A stretch of 64,000 nucleotides of DNA from Octopus sinensis (GCF_006345805.1 NC_043019.1:24799360-24863359); one strand, 5' to 3'; shown: positions 41,820 through 56,044, counted from the first letter of the stretch. A program made the numbers and translations. Notes: generated by a model not told the origin, from the letters alone.

Positions 41820-42080
41820 ATAAAGTGTGTCGAGTGTGGTCACCTCAAAGAGAAGATCGAGTTTCAGCTGTACGAGATCCCCTAAATGGTGCCGAGGAAA
41901 ACGAAAGCCTTTTGAAAACGGTCGTAACATGTGACAAATCATGGGTTTATAGCTATAACTACGAAACTAAGGCTCGGTCTTCGCAGTGGAAGACCCCAAC
42001 AAGATTTTAAGAGTTGAGGAAATCAAAGAGAATGTGACAGGACAGCTGCTCGCTCTCCCTCGAAAAGGGTTCCAGGCAGT
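41820..42080 (+). mobile_element. Internally deleted mariner fragment
   Basis: VVTCDKSWVYSYNYETKARSSQWKTP joined to VEEIKENVT. Confidence 0.65.
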
Positions 42081-42719
42081 GGCGGCTCATATATAGGCAC
42101 TGCGGAACTACAGCAGCCCTTATTTTCCACTGATATTATCGATAACATTCAATATAATGAGCCCTTTTTAAAAAAATTCCTTCTTTATACTTGTACATTA
42201 TACAATCCTTAAGCTTAATCTCAGTAACCATCCCCTAGTTTATGAAAAAATACAAAAATCCTTGTATAGAACTGTGCTTCACAGTTTCAACGACGCGGTG
42301 TTTGGCTGTTGTGCGCATGCTCATATGTCCGAGATAGGAAGCTTCACGCTAGGAAGAGATAGCACTGTCGTTCACGCAGTACCAGTGAACGTGTTTATAT
42401 TCTTGAATGTGATAAAGTGTAGAATTAGATTATTGTCCTGCTTCCAGCTTCAGTGTTACTGCCGAGATTTGAAAAATAGGGCAGATTCCCCCCCCCCTTA
42501 TTTTGTGATTTGGGGGTGGGGGTGAAAACCAAGAGGGAATTCGCGGCGGTGTTCAGTGAAGAAATGAAACACACTACCCGGCAGTAGCTAAAACGCGAAC
42601 CGATCAAGTTTATGTATAAATATTCTTTTCATATGTTTCTTTCCTTTTACACAATATTAAAACAACGGCTAAAAATTTTCTGAAGCAGTACCCCAACTAA
42701 TTTTATCTACGAGCCGTCA

Positions 42720-42880
42720 CTGGTTCCAGGAATGCTTCCATGAATGGAAACGTCGCTGGATAAAGTGTGTGGCTTCAGAAGGAGACTACTTCGAAGGAGA
42801 TTAAATGCCCAGTTGATATGCGTTGTAGTTTGGTTTTTACAACACCAGTCCCCAATTTTTTTTTTATCAGACCTTTTAGT
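42720..42880 (+). mobile_element. mariner transposase C-terminus and right end
   Basis: FQECFHEWKRRWIKCVASEGDYFEGD*. Confidence 0.75.
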
Positions 42881-43696
42881 TTATGTTGTCATTTAACTTC
42901 ATGCCAGTCTTGCTACATCAGACCGAAGATAAAACAAGTTCCAGCTAAAGCCATTCCATGTTTTTGCAGGAATTAGAACAACATTATGCATTGTCTTTCT
43001 CTTAATTGAAATATATCAATGAAAGTGAAAGTGCTGCTACGTGGTCGCGCGAAGTTTCAGAAATAGCAGCCAAATCTTTCTCAAATTTCATTACCGTTTA
43101 AAAAAAATGAGACACAACCGACAATCAAGTCATGAAGAAAGGCGAAAGGGGAAACAAATGGTTACATACAAGAACCGAAACCAGGACGCAGTCACTACAG
43201 CGTTTGCTACATGGTATTGGTTTTCATACCCACATCCGACTGCGTGACCAAGTGGTCATGATTTCGAATTCCAGCCTGGCTGATGCGTTGCGCTCTTGAG
43301 TAACACTTCATTTCACATAGTTGCAACCCACTCAGCTGTGAATGAGTTACTCTCATCGGAAGGATTAAAGAAGCTTTTTTGTTGGGGTAGGAAGAGTTGC
43401 AATCGAATTGATAATATATGTCCAGAGTTCTTTAATGATTCTCGAACCAATATTTGCTGGAGTTTGGCAGAGACGTTTGACATCGTAGAGCACCGGTCTA
43501 AGTGTTTTCCACTTTATCTCAAATACTTCACAGTAGTGACTCGTTTCTGAATTGGACGATGTCGTCAACCGCAGTCGCAGTAAAATAGATACCAGTAATA
43601 TACGGTGGACCGCGTAGAAGAAGTATTTTCCTAAAGAGCAGTGATTTAGTAGTATCGGTAGAGTGTCTATGAAAATGCCTAGCGGTATTTATTAGC

Positions 43697-44165
43697 AAAG
43701 GCGGCGAGCTGGCAGAAACGTTAGCACATCGAGTGAAGTGCTTAGCCGTATTTCGTCTGCCGTTACGACCTGAGTTCAAATTCCGCCGAGGTCGACTTTG
43801 CCTTTCATCCTTTCGGGGTCGATAAATTAAGTACCAGTTACGCACTGGGGTCGATGTAATCGACTTAATACCTATGTCTGTCCTTATTTGTCACCTCTAT
43901 GTTTAGCCCCTTGTGGGTAGTAAACAAATAGGTATTTATTAGCCAAGCGGCGAGCTGGCAGAAACGTTAGCACGCCGGCCGAAATGCTGTCGCTACGTTC
44001 TGAGTTCAAATTATGCCGAGGTCGACTTTGCCTTTCATCCTTTCGGGGTCGATAAATAAAGCGCCAGTTACGCACTGGGGTCGATATAATCGACTTAATC
44101 CGTTTGTCTGTCCTTGTTTGTCTTCTCTCTGTTTAGACCCTTGTAGGTAGTAAACAAATAGGTAT
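43697..44165 (+). mobile_element. Two SINE family B copies in tandem
   Basis: Heads at about 43697 and 43943. Further B copies at about 44605-44830, 46837-47072, 53090-53320, 55284-55495, 60090-60290 (-), 61010-61200 (-) and 61230-61440. Confidence 0.9.
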
Positions 44166-46026
44166 TTCTTAGCGTACCTTTACAATATGAGTTCAAACCC
44201 AGCTGGAGTTTACTTTACCTTCTCTGTTTTCTGGGTCACGATTAAATAAATACAGCTGAATCCTGGAGGCGATTACATCGACTCTTACCCATCTTTTACG
44301 TTGCAACCCTGTGCCTATAAAATATATCACAAATGCATTAGACTTATTATATTGGATCATGTGTCCTCTAGTTAAAATATATGTCGGAATAAATCGATAT
44401 TTTTTTTTTTTAGTTTATTCAGCAGTAATCATATTAATATGCGTCAGTTATTTTACTTCAACAGTTTGGTATCGTCTAACAAAACAACACAAACTCCAGT
44501 GAATATGTATCTAAGACTTAACCTTCATGGTGTCGGAAAGAATTCTCTCCCTTGTATACTAGTGTTGCCTCCCTTTAGTATTTTTCACATTTTCGCTTTA
44601 GAACGTTTGGCAGAAACATTAGCACGCTGGGGGAAATGCGTAGCCGTATTTCGTCTGCCGCTACGTTCTGAGTTCAAATTCCGCCGAGGTCGACTTTGCC
44701 TTTCATACTTTTGGGGTCGATTAAATAAGTACCAGTTACGCACTGGGGTCGATAAAATCGACTTAATCCGTTTGTCTGTCCTAGTTTGTCCCCTCTGTGT
44801 GTAGCCCCTAGTGGGCAGTAAAGAAATAAGAACGCTGCAGACAGTATGCATGTATGCATGCATACATACATACATACATACATTTTGAGAGAGGGAGAGA
44901 GAGAGAGAGAGTGTGTGTGTGTGTGTGTTTATGTGCGTTGGAGGGAGAGAGAAAGAGAATAATTGATCTCCCCTCCTCCAGTATCTGACTGATACTTTAT
45001 CTATCAAGTCCCAGAAGAATAAAAGGCAAAGTTGATCTCGGTGAAATTTGAACCCAGAACGGAAGGAACTAGAACAATTATAACCAAGTATTTATCCAAC
45101 GCTCTAACGACTCTGCCACACAAGTTAGCCTTTATCTTTATCTTCTTCTTCTTCTTTATTTCTTTTTGTTTCTTTCTCCCTTTTCCTCTCGTCTCCCTCC
45201 CTCCCTCTTTCATTCTTATTCACTCTCTCTCTCCCTCTCTCACGCGCGCGTTCCTCGCATTCCTCTCTTTCACCTTACCTTGATTTTTCCCCTCTCTTTA
45301 CTCCCACACTTCTCACATCCCTCCCTCTCCCACTAATTCTTACTCTCACTTTCACTCTCATTACATTCATCATTCTCTGTTCGCCTGTTTATCGCATTAA
45401 TATCTCTCTCTGCAGATAATCTCAAGCCTCACACACACACACACTCTTTCTCTCTCTTCCTTCTCCCCTCTATGCCCCTCTCTCATTTCTCTCTCTCTTT
45501 CTTCCATCTCCTCTCTCTCTCTCCCGATCCTACCTCTCCCCCCATTCCTCCTTCACTCACTCTCTCTTTCTCTCTTTCTCTCTCTCTCATTCTCTACACA
45601 TAACCTACTTTAAATATTCCCCTAACAAACATTTCTCCCTTTTTTACTCATTCATTTAATCCCTTTGTTTTTCTTTCTTTCTTTCTTTCGTTCTTTCTTT
45701 CTTTCTTTCTTTCTTTCCTTCTTTCTTTCTTTCTTTCTTTCTTTCTTTCCTTCTTTCTTTCTTTCTTTCTTTCTTTCTTTCCTTCTTTCTTTATTTCCCT
45801 CTCTCTCTCACTCTCTCTCTTTCTGCAAATATATGCGTGTGTATGTATATATGTGTGTGTGTGTTTGTATTTGTGTTTCTGCATGTGTGCGTTTGTGTGT
45901 GCGTGTATTGGTATGAAGTGTACGTGTATATGTATGTGTGTTCATGTACGTGTATGTATGAACGTATGTATGTAAGCATGTATGTAGGTATGTATGCATG
46001 TATATCCCCTGTATCCACAACCATCA

Positions 46027-46075
<49 letters not shown>

Positions 46076-46081
46076 ATCTAT

Positions 46082-46126
<45 letters not shown>

Positions 46127-46248
46127 GATCTGTCTGTCTGTCTATCTGTGTGTTTGTTTGTTTTCCTTCTTGCTTGCCTGTCTGTCTGTCAGTCTTCCTC
46201 TCTTCACAAAAATAGCCCCGTCATTAAACTGACAAGAACAACAAAACC

Positions 46249-46288
<40 letters not shown>

Positions 46289-46319
46289 TAATAATAATAA
46301 TAATAATAATAATAAACAT

Positions 46320-46790
46320 CTTTTTTCATTGACCACAAGGGGCCTCACACATCCAAAACATGATAAACAAAATAGTTTCCAACGTATACGATAGAGAGGA
46401 GAGAAAACCAGAACATAAACCACGAAAAACTTTAAAAATACAATAGATGTAAAAACATTTTTTAAATGTTTCTCCATCCGTTTTGGGGTAGGAATCACCT
46501 TCCATAGAAGATCAGAATATCCCAAAGTGCCGACCACATTCCCCCTTTGACAGTTGTCCTCTCTTGACAGCTAATTCCAGACCGATGCGTACTAGTTCCT
46601 TTATTGGTAATCATTTTATATCGACTTGAAGATGATAAGAGCTTGTTCTGAGGCCTGACATCAATTATTTCAAACGAGTCAGGCATTCAACCTCTTTCAC
46701 TAAACAAAGAAATACTTCTCGTCCCTTCAATCGGGTGCTCTTTACAAAGGACATAATGCCACATGTAATCAATGTTCCACGTGTCAACGG
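46320..46790 (-). mobile_element. Decayed Tx1/L1-like LINE 3' fragment
   Basis: EVFLCLVKEVECLTRLK motif. Tail aggccccttgtggtcaatgaaa runs into (att)n. Confidence 0.55.
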
Positions 46791-47184
46791 TTAGTTTCTT
46801 TGGCTCAGGTAGGATTAACTGTACTTCCGCACCTCAAGGCGGCGAGCTGGTAGAAACGTTAGCACGCCGGGCGAAATGCGTAGCCGTATTTCGTCTGCCA
46901 TTACGTTCTGAGTTCAAATTCCACCGCGGTCGACTTTGCCTTTCATCCTTTCGGGGTCGATAAATTAAGTACCAGAGTTACGCACTGGGGTCGATGTAAT
47001 CGACTTAATCCGTTTGTCAGTCCTTGTTTCTCCTCTCTGTGTTTAGCCCCTTGTGGGTAGTAAACAAATAAGTACCTTCTGAATAGATGAACTTTCGACA
47101 AAACGATGTGAAGGTCGAAACTCATAACGTAAAGACGGACGAAATGCTGCGAAGCATTTTGTCCGGCGTAATAACGATCCTGCC

Positions 47185-47253
<69 letters not shown>

Positions 47254-47542
47254 TAACAACAACAACAACAACAACAACGACGACGACGACGATGATGATG
47301 ATGATGATAATAATGCAGTATCAGACAGTGGCTCCCATGGCTTCTGATCTTAACTGATTTGAAGTGTTATCATGTACATTGTTTTGTCTTGGTATAAAAG
47401 ATGGGCTACAGCAAATATTCTGCTCAATACCACAGATTTGCTTGTCAGTTGTTTGACCATAAGCAGTTGACCATGTCCCTTAGTGGCTGACGATATGTGC
47501 ATCTCTGACCATACATGCATACATACATACATACATACATAT

Positions 47543-47573
<31 letters not shown>

Positions 47574-47689
47574 CATACATACATACATGCATGCATACAT
47601 ACATACATACATACATACATACATACATACATACATACATACATACACATACATACGTACACACAGGTCTAAGAAATAAGGATTCATTG

Positions 47690-48370
47690 TATGGTAGAAG
47701 CCATAGCCTCTCTTAATAAAAAAGAATACTGGTTAAATGCTCGAATGAAGACCTCAATAAAATGTAAGCACAACAGACCTGATATCATGATTTGGGATGG
47801 AGAAGAGAAACTGTGTACAGTTGTGGAAATCAGCTGCCCAGCTGATGTTAACATAAAGCTGAAGATCAGTGAAAAAGAGAACACCTACGCTGAACTATTG
47901 AGAAATCTGCAGTTATTCTATCCACATTACAAGTTCGGATATATACCTGTAATTATTGGGGCCCTGGGATATGTAACACACTGCCTAAATACCAATCTTG
48001 AGAAATTAGGCTTCTCAAAACCGGAAAGGAGAAAGCTAATTCGAAGGCGACAGATCCAATCCATCAGTGGAACTGTAAAAATATGTAACACTTTCCAGAA
48101 GTTTATCATTTAAATATATATGAGAATGTCTAGATATGCAACTATATGCATGAGAATACATACATAAAACATACAAATCAGCACATATAAACATACATAC
48201 ACACATACATACATACATACATACATACATACATACATACATACATACATACATACATACATACAAAAATACCCTGTTGTTGATGTTGAAATTCCAATGA
48301 AGGAGCCTTGGATCTAGTTAGAAACCGCTTCTTTCTCTATTGGCAAAAGATCTTGAAATAAACTGAATAA
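47690..48370 (+). mobile_element. RLE-type LINE endonuclease domain and 3' region, amid (CATA)n
   Basis: ORF 47691-48113: HNRPDIMIWD...CTVVEISCP...IPVIIGALG. Confidence 0.85.
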
Positions 48371-48396
48371 TGACATACATATATACACGCACACAC

Positions 48397-48466
<70 letters not shown>

Positions 48467-48482
48467 TCTATCTATCTATCTA

Positions 48483-48519
<37 letters not shown>

Positions 48520-48528
48520 TATATTATC

Positions 48529-48563
<35 letters not shown>

Positions 48564-48884
48564 CACACACACAATCCTGAAATATATTCACAAAATAAAA
48601 ATTATCATCTTATCGAAAGGATAATGAGATATTTATCTAAATTGTTTAGATTGCCTTATCTACCATCGCGTAAAAGCCCATACTGGAGCACCGCCAATAT
48701 CAATTGACAAATCCCTTATACATCTAAGAAGCAAATACTGAAATATAATGACTATTATATTCAGTTGTCTGTGAGTCTCTTTAGCTTCTAAGATTTCTAC
48801 TCACTGGGCGAGATTGACACTAATTGGTTCCTTTGAGCTTTAATAAAGCAGCAAATATATATAGATAGGTAGGTGCATAGATAA

Positions 48885-48961
<77 letters not shown>

Positions 48962-48981
48962 CAGATAGATAGATAGATAGA

Positions 48982-49247
48982 TTTATTTTACCACATAGGG
49001 CTTAACACAAAGGGGACAATACAATGTAGAATTTTTGTTTTTTGAAATCGATCAAAAGGGATCGAAAAAAGACGTTTTTGGGAGCGTGTACACAAATAGA
49101 TTACAAGGTGACGTTTTTATTACCAATCTGAATTCCCAAAAGGAGAAGATATAACATTGACTACAGTTATCAGTGAAAACAAAAACATACGAAAAATAAC
49201 CACGGTAACCTTTGCAAAAGGAAAAATCTATGAGAGCAAAGTGCTCC

Positions 49248-49303
<56 letters not shown>

Positions 49304-52100
49304 GTTATACAGGTTTACACACAAAGTGGTTCCGTCATTCATGCGTACCAGTTTTGCTACATTCACCCAACTTTTATTACATTTTTCATTAGACAAAACT
49401 TCCTTCTCTACTTTTACTTTCCTTTTCAAGTGATACTAGAAAAAGTTGATGAGAGATTGGCCACGGAGGAAAGTATTTGTCTCTAAACCTTTCAACCGAA
49501 TCCACCACACACATTCTTTCACCAAAGCCACCAGTACGACAAAAGCTGCCTCGCCTTCTCGGTTAAAGGAAGGTGGCGGGGCAATATTCACGATAGACTC
49601 GGCTGACAAACGGATTCGTCCCACACGCGACAGCAACCGTTCAACATTGGTCCACAGCTCTGAAATATGTGGACACTGCACGAGTGCGTGCAGAAAGGTT
49701 TCGTCGTTCTGACCGCATCTCTTGAATCATATCTGTAGACCTTCTTACGAACGGGTAATGCTTCCCGATAGGACTGCCAAGCCAGGGATCTCTAGAAATT
49801 GTCCACAGGTCCCGGTCCGAAAGTGGTCCTGAAGAGGCGGGTCAGGTATTTCCTGTCGACTCCCAGATTCTCCCCTCCACTTGTCCTCGATAGAACGCCT
49901 TGATGGATCTGAAGTTACACAAGTCTGAACCAGGACGACAAAGCTGCTCCAGAGCTTTGCGACACTCGCGGTGCCATTCGACTACCCTCGGTCTCATGAT
50001 TGCAGTTCGATCAAAGAGACGAGCTGCGGGAAGGCGCGTCTCATAAACGGCGTCCACATATGTTCACTGTCATCAAAGAAACGCTGGAGATGTCGCAGTC
50101 TCAGCGCATGCTTACGCATCATTAACCACGGCATACCTAGCCCTCCTTTTAGCAGATGTTGACAGCAAATGGATCGCCTAACCATCGGAACGCTTCCCTT
50201 CAACAAAAGGCGGAAGAGTATGCAGTCCCGTTTTGTGATAGTAGGGTCGGAACAAGGTTCGATGGTCACGGTAGTAGATGACTCATGCGATGTACGCATT
50301 CGCCACCTCAGTCTGACCTTTTGGAGATGGCTTCCACTCGGCCCATAGCTGGGTGAGAGTGACCACTCCTATTCGTTATCTCATCCCAGTTCTTCTCCAC
50401 TTGGAGGTCTAAATCGAACCATACCCCAAGTAATTTAACCGGTCCGTCGGTCCAGCGTGCCACGGCGGAGACGCTGTTGGACGGTATGGGCTTCCTTCTG
50501 CAGGTGCCGATCCGCAAACCCATTGACTTTTCCGAGTTAATTTTTGATCCTGTTATCGTTTCGTATTCTTTTAGTGTTTCGCCTAGCAGGCCGATATGCC
50601 TTTGGCTCGACACTACGACGGTGACCTCGTCCGCGTATGCAGACACGCTCGTCCCGCATCTCAGTTCTCGCAGGATATCCCCTCAGCGTCGCCAGCTTCC
50701 GCAGTGGTGCCTCAAGAGCCAATACGTACAGAAGTGACGAAAGGGGGCATCCCTGACGGACCGAATGCGTGATGTCGAAAGGTTTGAACAGATGGCCATT
50801 CACACGAACTACTGAGCGGATGCCGCTGTATAAAGCAGCGTTCCAACCGCGGTAGACGGGACCGAAATCAACCACCTTGAGGATAGCCGCAAAGTATTGA
50901 TGGTCGACCCTATCGCAGGCTTTTGATTGATCCAAATTGATCAGTATCCCACCCATACCAGGTTTCTTAACTACCCAGTCCATGATGTATCGCATGAGGT
51001 GGAGGTTGTCATGGATAGTTCTTCCCGGTATGCCTTGTCGACCAGTTTCTCGATGACAAGCGCCAACCTCTCGGCTAGCACTTTGGCCAAAATTTTCAAA
51101 TCTGCGTTGGGCAGAGTGATGGGCCGAAAATTGTCTATAACGTTCCCCTTGTGTGGGTCTTTCTTTAGCAGTGTAACAGCTCCTCGGCTCACAAAACTGG
51201 GGATATTCCTGTTTTGCTGCCAGTTGTAGTAGATTGTTGCCAAGAGATCCCCAAACAAGTCTGGCATATGACAATAAAGGTCGTGGGGAAGACCGTCCAA
51301 GCCCGGCGACTTGTCGCTCGCGCAGCCTGCCATCGCATGCCGTACATCGGCGGCTGCGATGGGACCTTCACAACACTCCGCCTCTCTTGCAAAGAGTCGT
51401 GGCAGGCCGTGCATCCTTTCGGGCTCGAGTAAATCGCGCCCCTGTTGAATCTATCGGAGATCGAATGGTGGCTTTGTTGCTATGTTGCGCCTCCGCCACC
51501 AGGCTCTCCCGTGCGGCTTCAATTCCCTCGTTTCTTCGGGCACGCATCCTATCTCTGACAACGCAACCTTCGTGTTTGGCGTTGACGTGTTGGTCAAGGG
51601 CCAATCTCACCGCCAGCACGTTGGTCGCGCTGCCACTTCTAAGTAACTCTTCTAATTTCTTAACTAGTTCTCCTTCTACTCTATTTCGATCTATCGCTGA
51701 CGTGGTAACCCGGGCTCTGTAAACCTGTAGCTTCAGGAGCGACGCGTTCAGTTTCCAGTAGCCGGGTCTCTGCCTATGATTCTTATCTAAGTCGAGCGTA
51801 CAGGTCACGAATTTGTGATCTGTGTAGCTAACTACTGTCCTACACAATACTCTATCTAGATATAATCTGGACGACCCGATACGGTTTGTCCATGTCCACA
51901 TTGGCACATTCGGGTGGTCCAATCGGTAGCTGTCAGACAGTTGGAAACGTCTGAGCAGGTCATTGATGCATTTACATTCCTTCCTCTTTCTATCTCTACC
52001 TACATAGTAATATTGCTCTTACTTTGAGGTCCAGATTCTTCCGAAATAGTACTGCGGTACCACTACCGCCCATTCTCGGCAGACATGGAGAGAAATAAAC
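48982..52100 (-). mobile_element. Tx1/L1-clade LINE, about 3.1 kb, APE endonuclease plus RT, frameshifted
   Basis: LYLDRV, YTDHK and GYWKLNASLL (APE). KSPGLDGLP, NFRPITL, LDQSKA.DRVDH, VRQGCPLS and SAYADEV (RT). Both ends abut (GATA)n. Confidence 0.92.
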
Positions 52101-52143
<43 letters not shown>

Positions 52144-52159
52144 AGATAGATAGATAGAT

Positions 52160-52191
<32 letters not shown>

Positions 52192-52215
52192 GTAGGTAGG
52201 TAGGTAAGTAAATAA

Positions 52216-52277
<62 letters not shown>

Positions 52278-52800
52278 GACGGACAGACAGACGAGCAGAC
52301 AGTCGGATGAACAGTCCGACAGACAGACAATACACCAATTGTGTGCTCTCGAGTAACGCATATATCAGTAATCCCATGGTAAATATTATTGACAGAAAAC
52401 AATGTTCAGTCGACAAGCAAAATGTCACCGAATTCTTTCGTCCGAAATAAAGAAAAGAAATTTAAAAAACAACTTTCTTCTGATTTAACCTTTCTCCCCA
52501 CCTCGCTCTCCCCCCTCCTCTTTCTCTCTCTCCCTACCCTTTCTACCGTACACACACACATACATACACAATATCTTATATATTTTATTTGTTTCAGTCA
52601 TTAGACTGCGGCCATGCTGGGGCATCGCCTTCAAGAACTTTAGTCAAATAAATCGACCCCAGGACTTAATCTTTTTAAGCTTGGTACTTATTCCATCAAT
52701 CTTGCAGAAACTACTAAGTTACGGAGACATAAACACACCAATACCGGTTGTCGATCGGAGATGGGTGAACAAACACAAATACAAAAACACATACATTATG

Positions 52801-52854
<54 letters not shown>

Positions 52855-52858
<4 letters not shown>

Positions 52859-53056
52859 ATCCAAACAAGAAAACACAAAAAAACACAGCAACGCGAGGAC
52901 GTGGAACAAATAAAGTATTATTGGACGCTCAGGAAAGATGGGAAGGAGGGTTTAACGTTTCGAGCGGAGCTCTTCGTCGGAAACAAAGGAGAAGGAAAGA
53001 TCCGAGAAGGGAAGACAGAGGAAAAAAAATTGCTGGCGGTGCTCACGAGGTCACAC

Positions 53057-53066
<10 letters not shown>
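52855..53066 (-). mobile_element. PLE pseudo-LTR-like fragment between (TA)n tracts
   Basis: Contains the hammerhead motif at 52950-52984. Flanked by (TA)n on both sides. Confidence 0.6.
52950..52984 (-). ncRNA. Minimal hammerhead variant (U4C, extra A after A9)
   Basis: Reverse complement: gttt CCGACGA A GAGC tcc GCTC GAAA CG TT aaac. Confidence 0.6.
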
Positions 53067-53088
<22 letters not shown>

Positions 53089-53316
53089 AAGGCGGTGAGC
53101 TGGCAGAAACGTTAGCACGTTGGGCGAAATGCGCAGCCGTATTTCGTCTGTCGTTACGTTGTGAGTTCAAATTCCGCCGAGGTCGACTTTGCCTTTCATC
53201 CTTTCGGGGTCGATAAGTTAAGTACCAGTTGCCCACTGGGGTCGATGTAATCGACTTAATCCCTTTCTCTGTCCTTGTTTGTCCCTTCTATGTTTAGCCC
53301 CTTGTGGGTAGTAAAG

Positions 53317-53352
<36 letters not shown>

Positions 53353-54469
53353 TAGATGCAGCACGAAGCTTGTCAGTGAACAGGTCGCGGTCTCAAAGCG
53401 ATGAAAATATTTTGACAAATTAATTTAAATGTTGAAGTGAATCTAACGGTTTTGTGTGTTTCTTAAATGGCTTATAAACACCTTCCACGCTGCAATTGTT
53501 TTCGTTCCAGCACACGATCTCAGATCAAGTCACTCGCTATGCAAGTACATCTCAGTAATGTATATATGGCTGTGTTGTAAGAAGTTATCTTCCCAACCGC
53601 ATGGTTCCGGGTTCAGTTCCACTGCGTGGCATCTTGAGCAAGTGTCTCCTACTATAGGCTCGGGCCGACCAAAGTGAGTGGATTTGGTATGTATGTATGT
53701 ATGTATGTATGTATGTACAGGGTGCGTAAGATATTTGAGGACAGATTTATGCTTAAAAAAACCAGATAATAACTATTTATCAAAAAATGCTATGATGATA
53801 AAAATAAACTTTCTTTTCTATAATGTTACTCAATAAAGCCACCATGAGCTTCAACAACTGCTTCTATATGAGATCTAAATCATCTACATGATCAAATCAA
53901 GTCGTCCTGGTTTATTTTGGACATTACTCTGACTATACCAGCTTTCAAAATGTGTATGTATGTACGTATGCATGTATGTATGTATGTATGTATGTATGTA
54001 TGTATGTATGTATTATGTATGTATGTAGGTAGGTAGGTAGGTAGGTAGGTAGGTAGGTAAGTAGGTAAGTAAGACGCCCATCGGTCACTAATACTAGCTC
54101 CCATCAGCTCTATCAGTGGTACTCTATACCACATGTAAGAGGTACCCTGTCCCATCGTTCAATAGTACCATATACCATTTCACATAGCCTTCGTCACCAG
54201 TGCTATTGTGTCCTCAGTAACTATCTACCATTCTAGGGTCACCAGTGCTATGACACTAGGTACCATATCGTCCAGTGGTACTGTCGCCTACCATATACCA
54301 TATCTCTCACCAATGCTACGCACCACTACACTCCATCTGTACCAGAACTAATTAACCATCGCTATCATCACCACCATCATCATCATAATCATCATTAGAG
54401 TCTTCTGCTTCACCATATTAATCATTTTTTCTCTCCATATTCTTCTTCCTTATCTTCAACTTCTTTCCC

Positions 54470-55114
54470 ACTATCACAACCACCACCACCATCACCACCA
54501 CCACCACCACCACCACAACCACCACAACCACCACCACCACCACCACCACCACCACCACCACAACACCACCACCACCACCACAACCACAACCATCACCACC
54601 ACAACCACCACCACCACCATCACCACCACCACCACAACCACACCACCACCACCACCACAACCACCACACCACCACCACCACCACCACACCACCACCACCA
54701 CCACCACCACCACAACCACAACCACCACCACCACCACCACCTCCACCACCACCACCACCACCACCACCACCATCATTATCATCTTCGTCGTTGTCGTCAT
54801 CATCAGCACCATCAGCATCATCTTCAGCAACAACAACGACAACAGCAGCAGCAGTAGCAGCAGCAGCAGCGACTTCTTTTACTTCGTCATCATCTTATTT
54901 ATCTCTTTAATCTCTCTGATCTTCATTATCATCATCATCACCACCGCCGTGGCCGCCACCAGCACCGCCACCACCAACCGCCACCAACCATCATCACCAC
55001 CACCATCATCACTATCATCATCATTCATTATTTTCAATATACTACTACTACAACTACTACTATTAATGCAGTAGTTATTACTGTTGCGATTGTAAATATT
55101 GTTGCAGCATTAGC

Positions 55115-55195
<81 letters not shown>

Positions 55196-55223
55196 TGCTG
55201 TTGTTGGTATTGTTGCTATCAGG

Positions 55224-55270
<47 letters not shown>
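54470..55270. repeat. Compound trinucleotide tracts ((cac),(cag),(tag),(att))
   Basis: Visible directly. Confidence 0.93.
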
Positions 55271-55274
<4 letters not shown>

Positions 55275-56044
55275 GTTATAAAAGTGGCGTGCTGGCAGAA
55301 TCGTTAGCACGCCGGGTGAAATGTTAAGTGGCATTTCGTCTGTCGCCTACGCTTTGAGTTCAAATTCCGCTGAGGTCGACTTTGCCTTTCATCCTATCGG
55401 GGTCGATAAATTAAGTACCAGTTAAGTACTGGGGCCGATGTAATTGGCTTAACCCTCCCCCACAAAAAAATTCAGGTCTTGAGCCTCTAGTAGACAGTAT
55501 TATTATTATAATTATTATTCTAAGCACAACGCCCAACATATTTTATATATTTTGTACAAATTACCAAATTTCGCGACTAATATGGCGAATTCATTGTTTT
55601 TAATATGTTCAAGAATATTCTAGAATGTTCATCGGTCAGTATTTGGGTTACCGCGGCAAGCGGTGAGTCTGGTTCTGCCGTACCACGTAAATCAAACTCT
55701 TAATATCTCTCACCAAACAATTTCACAGAATTATAAATATTTTCTATTGAAACAACGCCTGTCAAGACGCCAGTTTTTCAATGGAAACAATAAACGCCAT
55801 CAATAGTGCTTGCTTCATATAAATTAACATCAGAACTTTTCTATGTTAACAATGTCTATCATCAAAATAACAGCAGTGAAGAGGAAAATTAAATGACAAC
55901 GCTTGACCTCACAAATAAACAAATTAAGAGTCGCTTACATAACAAATTTGTAACCCTGTGCCAGTTCTGCTGAGTTTTATTCGTGAAGAACCATCAACCA
56001 TCGGAGTAGGACACCATTAGAATACTCTAGATTTTTTATTATTT

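Noticed and set aside
43321-43550. Phase-1-compatible, Cys-containing ORF after tttcacatag as exon 2 of the TSP1 gene
   Set aside because: The acceptor and first about 35 nt are a decayed SINE D body (ccactcagctgtgaatgagt), and a later part resembles a SINE B head. The phase match has a 1-in-3 chance. Junction reads would be needed.
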